64,000 nucleotides of DNA. Origin: Candidatus Poribacteria bacterium. Lineage in GTDB: Bacteria; Poribacteria; WGA-4E; PCPOR2b. Below the pieces are notes generated by a model. That model did not search any database. It was given only the letters and a program-made list of their open reading frames with translations, and had not been told where the DNA came from. The DNA is taken from assembly GCA_965116925.1 (NCBI GenBank), contig OZ220744.1, positions 3,904,001 through 3,968,000 of the forward strand, read 5' to 3'. The translations under genes and the position numbers were made by a program. Positions 58,084 to 64,000 of the stretch are shown here, in pieces. The first letter of the stretch is position 1. Each line of letters opens with the position of its first letter.

Positions 58084-58950
58084 ATGAAAACGTTTATTTG
58101 GGCGAGTTTGATCGCCACGTTTCTGTTTATAACGGTTCTCTCTGCACCGGCTGCGATAGATCCGAACATGCTTCTGTGGTTCTCGTTTGATGAGCAGCTT
58201 GATGGGAAGCAGATAGAAGACTTGACCGGTGGGGGCAACAATGGAAAACTCAAATTGGGTGCCAAGATCACCGATGTGCCTGAAGAGATATACAAGGGTA
58301 CAGGGGCGGTTAAATTCACTAACATCAGTGCTCAGGTCCGTGTCGAACCCTTTAAGAGAATGAATGAGTATAAGGATAACACCTATACCTTCTGGATCTA
58401 TATCTTAGGTAACACCGCTAAGCCTTGGAATTGGGAACATTGCGGTGGAAAATGTGGAGAAGGTAGGGCAAGCATTCTGGAAAAGGGCAGAGTGCTAGAG
58501 GGCAATGTCAAAGGTTGGGCACCAGGCATCTTGCTTCAGGAAGATCCGTTATCCCTTATCTATCAATTTGAAGACAAAGGAGGTGGCGGGGTCCAAGGGG
58601 CTATAGGTGCCAAGGAAATAGTCGGTCCTGGTGGCAAAGGCACTGCGTTTGAGTTTAAGAAGTGGTATTATATCGCGGGTGTTAAAAAGGCAAACGAGTT
58701 GATAATCTATATCAACGGCAAGGAACAAGGCAGATACGATGTCCCAAGAGATTTCGTTCAGGGCGAGGCGTTACTGCGCCTTGGTGGTACGCGGGAACGC
58801 TCTGCCAATTTCGTTATGGATGAGTTTTCTCTTTACGATCGCGCCTTAACCGAAGACGAGGTAGCGTTGGACGCCAAAGGCATACTTCTATCGGTTGAAC
58901 CCGAAAGGAGAGTGACAACCACTTGGGGCGATATTAAAACCAATCGTTAA
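58084..58950 (+). CDS. LamG-like protein, array copy 1
   Basis: Signal peptide; FSFDE, KWYYIAG, IYING, MDEF; ends VTTTWGDIK. Confidence 0.85.
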   Translation: MKTFIWASLIATFLFITVLSAPAAIDPNMLLWFSFDEQLDGKQIEDLTGGGNNGKLKLGAKITDVPEEIYKGTGAVKFTNISAQVRVEPFKRMNEYKDNTYTFWIYILGNTAKPWNWEHCGGKCGEGRASILEKGRVLEGNVKGWAPGILLQEDPLSLIYQFEDKGGGGVQGAIGAKEIVGPGGKGTAFEFKKWYYIAGVKKANELIIYINGKEQGRYDVPRDFVQGEALLRLGGTRERSANFVMDEFSLYDRALTEDEVALDAKGILLSVEPERRVTTTWGDIKTNR

Positions 58951-59049
58951 CCGATGGGGCTGCTGATAATACTACAATAACTAGCTTAAGTTGAATGCTA
59001 TTCAACCTAAACCGGAAAACCTAAACCGGAATAAAAGGAGGAATTAAAA

Positions 59050-59868
59050 ATGAGAACGTTTATTGGGTTCAGTTTCCTTATTACCTTTGTAGCCGTGACG
59101 GTTTACTCTGCTCCGGCGGCGATAGATCCGAATATGATTTTGTATTTCGCATTTGATGAGCAGCTCGATGGTAGAAAGGTTGAAGACCTGACCGGCGGCG
59201 GGAACGATGGGAAACTCAAGCTAGGTGCCAAAATTACTAACGAACCCGCAGAGGTGTACAAAGGAGCAGGGGCGTTAAAAATTTTCAACAATATCAGTGC
59301 TCAAGTTCTCGTTGAGTCTTTTAAGGAAATGGATAGCTATAAAGACAATACCTACACTTTTTGGCTCTATCTATATAGCGTCAGAAATGATCCGTGTTGT
59401 GCAGTGGAAAGCATCTTCAAAAAAGCCAATGTTATGGACGCTGCTGACAAGGGGAGCGCGCCGGGTGTTTTTATAACCGATCCAGGGCTATCTCTGGTAT
59501 ATAAATTTACCGACCAAGGGGCTATTGAGGGTGAGGCGGTCGGTCCCGGCGGCAAGGGTTTACAGTTTGAACTGAAAAAATGGTATCACATCGCGGGTGT
59601 CAAACAGGCAACAAGCCTGACAATCTATATCGATGGCAAAGAGGAAGCTAGATATAAGGTTCAACGCGATTTTGTCCAAGGCAAGGGGCACCTTCGCATC
59701 GGTGGAACGCGGCAGCGGGCAGCCTCTTTTGCCATGGATGAGTTTGGACTTTATAACCGCGCCTTGACCGAACAAGAGGTAAAGATGGATTCCAAAGGTA
59801 TATTTCTGTCGGTCGAGCCTGAAACAAAATTGACTACCACTTGGGGACAGCTCAAAACGGGGCGGTAA
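59050..59868 (+). CDS. LamG-like protein, array copy 2
   Basis: Paralogous; ends KLTTTWGQLK. Confidence 0.87.
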   Translation: MRTFIGFSFLITFVAVTVYSAPAAIDPNMILYFAFDEQLDGRKVEDLTGGGNDGKLKLGAKITNEPAEVYKGAGALKIFNNISAQVLVESFKEMDSYKDNTYTFWLYLYSVRNDPCCAVESIFKKANVMDAADKGSAPGVFITDPGLSLVYKFTDQGAIEGEAVGPGGKGLQFELKKWYHIAGVKQATSLTIYIDGKEEARYKVQRDFVQGKGHLRIGGTRQRAASFAMDEFGLYNRALTEQEVKMDSKGIFLSVEPETKLTTTWGQLKTGR

Positions 59869-60064
59869 CCGATGGAATTTGAGGAGCTATTGGGTATGTG
59901 CTAGTCCTTGCTTACGCTTATCCATATTACGTGGACAGGGAACTTCAGATTATTTCAACTACCGGGAAGATTTTGGGGGGCACTCCCGATTTATTGGGGG
60001 TGAAAAATGTTGCAATAGTTGGTTGATTATTCAGCCTAAATCAGTATAAAAGGAGGAATTGAAA

Positions 60065-60883
60065 ATGAGAACGCTTATTACGGTAAGTTTCGTTACCACG
60101 TTTTTTTTCATGACGGTTCTCTCTGCACCAGCGGCTATAGATCCGAACATGATTTTGTATTTCGCATTTGATGAACAGCTCGATGGAAAGATGGTCGCGG
60201 ACCTGACCGGCGGCGGTAACGATGGGAAACTCAAGTTGGGTGCCAAAATTGCCAACGATCCCGCGGAGATTTACAAAGGAACAGGGGCATTAAAAATTTT
60301 CAACAACATTAGTGCTCAGTTCCTCGTCGAGTCCTTTAAGGAGATGGACAGCTATAAAGAGAATACATACACCTTTTGGCTCTATCTTTTCGGTGTCAGA
60401 AATGAGGCGTGTTGTCCAGAGGAGATTATTTTGCAAAAAGCCAACATTTTAGTTGGTGATGCGAAAGGGAACTCGCCAGCCATCTTTGTGACCGATCCGG
60501 GACTCACACTGACATATAAATTTGGCGACCAAGGGGCTGTACCGGGCGACGGGGTTGGTCCCGGCGGCAAGGGTGAGAAGTTTGAACTGAAAAAGTGGTA
60601 TCACATCGCGGGGGTCAAAAAGGCATCAGATCTAATAATCTACATTGACGGCGAAGAAGCAGCTAGATATGCTGTCAAACGAGATTTCATCCAAGGTAAG
60701 GGGCATCTTCGTATCGGTGGATCTCGAATTCGAGCCGCTTCTTTTCTGATGGATGAGTTCGGGCTTTATAACCGTCCCTTAACTGAAAAAGAGGTTGAGA
60801 TGGATTCCAAGGGCCAATTCCTGTCGGTCGAGCCTGAGACAAAATTGACTACCACCTGGGGGCATCTTAAAACAGGGCGGTAA
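60065..60883 (+). CDS. LamG-like protein, array copy 3
   Basis: Paralogous; ends KLTTTWGHLK. Confidence 0.87.
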   Translation: MRTLITVSFVTTFFFMTVLSAPAAIDPNMILYFAFDEQLDGKMVADLTGGGNDGKLKLGAKIANDPAEIYKGTGALKIFNNISAQFLVESFKEMDSYKENTYTFWLYLFGVRNEACCPEEIILQKANILVGDAKGNSPAIFVTDPGLTLTYKFGDQGAVPGDGVGPGGKGEKFELKKWYHIAGVKKASDLIIYIDGEEAARYAVKRDFIQGKGHLRIGGSRIRAASFLMDEFGLYNRPLTEKEVEMDSKGQFLSVEPETKLTTTWGHLKTGR

Positions 60884-61008
60884 CCGATAGAACCCTGACA
60901 GACTCCGATAGTATATTAAGCAGGAGGTACTTTATTTTAGCCCCGACGGATCTTATCCTTCGGGGCTATATTATTTGAGACTGAGAATAGTCTTGGCTTG
61001 GGGAGATC

Positions 61009-61419
61009 GGCGTGTTGACATTTTGAAACTGTTCATTCAACAAACGCTGTAATTATCAGGCAATCTGCCATAAGTAGCGCGAACTGTTAGTTTGCAAGCT
61101 GGGATCCCAATCTAACAAATCGTGGTACAAAAGGAGATTGTCGGTCGAGATTCATATCTCGCCAGAATATCCAGCGTGGCGTGCAACAAACCGGGTTGAT
61201 TAAGCCAAAACTATCGTGCGATGTGCTAGGGGGTGTCGATTTTGGAAAATCGACCTACAGAAATCTGAAGCTATCTCTAATGTGTAAAGGGTTGGGAGAC
61301 CCAACCCCTACGAAGGGCTCTAATGTGTGAACAAAGGGTTGGGAGACCCAACCCCTACGAAGGGCTATGTGTCTGTGCACCCTCGTGATTGTCTGGTTAC
61401 AATAAAATGTCAACAGAAC
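61009..61419. mobile_element. Complete family B MITE (CTAG target)
   Basis: GGCGTGTTGACATTTT / AAAATGTCAACAGAAC then CTAG; absent from the paralogous spacer 62274-62457; two GGGTTGGGAGACCCAACCCCTAC hairpins. Confidence 0.85.
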
Positions 61420-61454
61420 CTAGCTAAAGTTCAATATCAAGGGAGGAATTGAAA

Positions 61455-62273
61455 ATGAGAAGCCTTTTTGCGGTAAGTTGCATCACCATATTTCTGTTTA
61501 TGATGGTTCTTTCTGTCCCGGCGGCTATAGATCCAAACATGATTTTGTATTTCTCGTTTGATGAGCAGCTTGATGGAAAGATGGTAGAAGATCTGACCGG
61601 CGGCGGGAACAATGGAAAACTCAAGTTAGGTGCCAAAATCACCAACGAACCCGCGGAGGTATACAAAGGAGCCGGGGCACTAAAAATTTTCAACAACATC
61701 AGTGCCCAGTTCCGCGTAGACGAGTTTGACCGAATGAATAAGTATGGAGAGAACACCTTCACCTTTTGGCTCTATATATACGGTGTCAGAAAAGATCCAT
61801 GTTGTGTACAGGGAAGTGTTGTGGAAAAGGGCAACGTTATAGGGCAGGCTCACAAAGGTCACGCGCCAGCCATCTGGATTACCGATCCCGGTCTATCACT
61901 GGTATATAAATTTGGCGACCAAGGGGCGATAGGTGTTGAAGCGGTCGGTCCCGGCGGCAAGGGTGAGAAGTTTGAACTGAAGAAGTGGTATCATATCGCA
62001 GGTGTCAAACAGGGTGGCAGCCTGATAATCTACATTGACGGGAAAGAAGAAGCCAGATATAAGGTTGCCCGCGATTTCGTTCAGGGTAAGGGGCACCTTC
62101 GTATTGGCGCGACAAACATACGATCCGCTTCTTTTGCCATGGATGAGTTTGGGCTTTATGATCGTCCATTAACCGAACAAGAGGTCGAGTTGGATGCCAA
62201 GGGCATACTCCTATCGGTTGAGCCTGAAACAAAATTGACTACCACCTGGGGACATCTCAAAACAGGGCACTAA
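61455..62273 (+). CDS. LamG-like protein, array copy 4
   Basis: Paralogous; ends KLTTTWGHLK. Confidence 0.87.
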   Translation: MRSLFAVSCITIFLFMMVLSVPAAIDPNMILYFSFDEQLDGKMVEDLTGGGNNGKLKLGAKITNEPAEVYKGAGALKIFNNISAQFRVDEFDRMNKYGENTFTFWLYIYGVRKDPCCVQGSVVEKGNVIGQAHKGHAPAIWITDPGLSLVYKFGDQGAIGVEAVGPGGKGEKFELKKWYHIAGVKQGGSLIIYIDGKEEARYKVARDFVQGKGHLRIGATNIRSASFAMDEFGLYDRPLTEQEVELDAKGILLSVEPETKLTTTWGHLKTGH

Positions 62274-62463
62274 CCGCTAGAACCCTGATAGACTCTGATC
62301 GTATATTAAGCAGGAGGCGTTCTATTTAGCCCCGACGGATCTTATCCTTCGGGGCTATATTATTTGAGACTGAGAATAGTCTTGGCTTGGGTAGATCGCT
62401 GATGGGGCTATTGATGTGTGTAATTTAACTAGCTAAAGTTCAATATCAAGGGAGGAATTGAAA

Positions 62464-63258
62464 ATGAGAAGCCTTTTTGCGGTAAGTTTCATCACAATGT
62501 TTCTGTTCATGATGGTTATCTCTGCCCAAGCGGCTCTAGATCCCAATTTGATTCTGTATTTCACGTTTGAAGAGCAGCTGGATGGAAAGATGGTCGAAGA
62601 CATGACCGGCGGCGGCAACGACGGTAGGTTGCGGTTTGGTGCCAAAATCACCAACGAACCTGCGGAGGTCCACAAAGGGGTAGGTGCTCTAAAACTTTTC
62701 AACAACATCAGTGCACAACTTCGTGTGGAAGAGTTTGACCGAATGGATAAGTATGGAGATAACACCTACGCCTTTTGGATCTATATATTCAACCCCATGG
62801 GTGCACGATCAAGTATTTTGAAAAAGGCGAACATTTTAGTTGGTGAGGAAAAAGGGAGCGCACCGGGTATCTTTCTGACCCATCCCGATCTAGCACTTGA
62901 ATATAAATTTGACGACCAAGGAGCTCTTGGGGTCGGACCCGTCAAGGGTAAAGGTTTTGACATGGAGAAGTGGTATCACATCGTGGGTGTCAAAAAGGCA
63001 AGCGACCTTATCGTCTACATTAACGGCGAAAAAAAAGGCAATTTTAAGGTCAGACGAGACTTTATCCAAGGTAAGGGGCAACTTCGTATCGGCGGAACGA
63101 CGAGCCGAGCTGCCTCTTTCGCGATGGACGAGTTTCAGCTTTACGATCGTCCCTTGACCGAAAAAGAGGTGGCGGCAGTTTTTAAGGGGATATTCTTGTC
63201 GGTCAAGCCACAGGCCAAATTGACAACCACTTGGAGCCATATCAAAACTATCCGTTAA
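62464..63258 (+). CDS. LamG-like protein, array copy 5
   Basis: Paralogous; ends KLTTTWSHIK. Confidence 0.87.
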   Translation: MRSLFAVSFITMFLFMMVISAQAALDPNLILYFTFEEQLDGKMVEDMTGGGNDGRLRFGAKITNEPAEVHKGVGALKLFNNISAQLRVEEFDRMDKYGDNTYAFWIYIFNPMGARSSILKKANILVGEEKGSAPGIFLTHPDLALEYKFDDQGALGVGPVKGKGFDMEKWYHIVGVKKASDLIVYINGEKKGNFKVRRDFIQGKGQLRIGGTTSRAASFAMDEFQLYDRPLTEKEVAAVFKGIFLSVKPQAKLTTTWSHIKTIR

Positions 63259-63272
63259 AGGGGGAATTGAAA

Positions 63273-64000
63273 ATGAGAACGCTCATTACGGTAAGTTGCA
63301 TCACTACATTTATTGTCATGGCGGTTTTTTCTGCCTCGGCGGCTCTAGATCCCAATTTGATTTTGTATTTCACGTTTGAAGAGCAGCTGGATGGACGGGT
63401 AATTGAAGATATGACCGGTGGCGGTAACAATGGTAAACTGAGGCTAGGCGCAAAACTCACCAACGACCCCGCGGAGGTTTACAAAGGGGCCGGTGCTCTA
63501 AAAATTGCAGGGAATATCAGTGCACAATTCCGCGTCGAACCCTTTGATCGCATGAATCAGTATCAAGATCACACCGTCGCCTTTTGGATCTATTTCTTCG
63601 AGGGATTTCATCAAGGTGAAGCGCGATCGATCTTCAAGAAAAATGCTGATGAAGCGCAGGTACTCAATGCAGGCTTTTCAAAATCGCCCTCCGTCCAGAT
63701 TAGCGGCAACAGTTTTGCCCTCTTCTACGAGGTTGGTGAACAGGGCGGAATCAACGGACTCGGTCCAGACGGAAAAGGATCGGAGTTTGAGCTGAAGAAA
63801 TGGTATCACATCGCGGGTATCAAAAAGGGGGCAGACCTGATCATTTACATCAATGGCGAGGAGGAAGGGATATTTGATGTGCCCAAAAAATTCCCTCAAG
63901 GTGAAGGACGGCTCCGTATCGGTGGTACGCGGACCCGAGCCGCCTATTTTGCCATGGATGAGTTCGCGCTTTTCGATCGGGTTCTAACCGAAAAAGAGGT
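63273..64000 (+). CDS. LamG-like protein, array copy 6 (runs off the window end)
   Basis: Not in the ORF track; hand translation MRTLITVSCITTF...ALDPNLILYFTFEE...KWYHIAG...MDEFALFDRVLTEKE is open to 64000. Confidence 0.85.
   Translation, partial: MRTLITVSCITTFIVMAVFSASAALDPNLILYFTFEEQLDGRVIEDMTGGGNNGKLRLGAKLTNDPAEVYKGAGALKIAGNISAQFRVEPFDRMNQYQDHTVAFWIYFFEGFHQGEARSIFKKNADEAQVLNAGFSKSPSVQISGNSFALFYEVGEQGGINGLGPDGKGSEFELKKWYHIAGIKKGADLIIYINGEEEGIFDVPKKFPQGEGRLRIGGTRTRAAYFAMDEFALFDRVLTEKE

Noticed and set aside
58948..63272. LamG array as integron cassettes (TAAC at several stop codons)
   Set aside because: No convincing RYYYAAC...GTTRRRY attC pairing and no integrase; all units are paralogues, which fits tandem duplication.

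Overview
Bacterial chromosomal window with no rRNA, tRNA or CRISPR array. The gene content points by inference to Candidatus Poribacteria or a close relative: tandem TolB-like propellers, a LamG array, an LRR-dockerin protein, several PhyH-type dioxygenases and tandem ~650-aa membrane proteins. Housekeeping genes (gatB, rlmN, queE, an EnvC-like M23 protein) lie among catabolic oxidoreductases and hydrolases. Main observations: (1) a C-terminal tag, [AS]VxPxxKxxxxWGx[LI]K, ends nine signal-peptide-bearing proteins of two unrelated folds and looks like an uncharacterised protein-sorting signal; (2) at least 6 tandem LamG paralogues have a conserved scaffold and a hypervariable, often Cys-Cys, loop; (3) a 340-aa LAGLIDADG intein splits the CX3CX2C motif of QueE; (4) four families of short non-autonomous elements (MITEs) carry GTAG-type REP hairpins; one contains an intact IS982, and the two ends of another appear to enclose a 5.5-kb LRR-protease plus Rpn cargo; (5) the gatB 3' end is duplicated and diverged. 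All calls come from reading motifs by eye; no searches were run.
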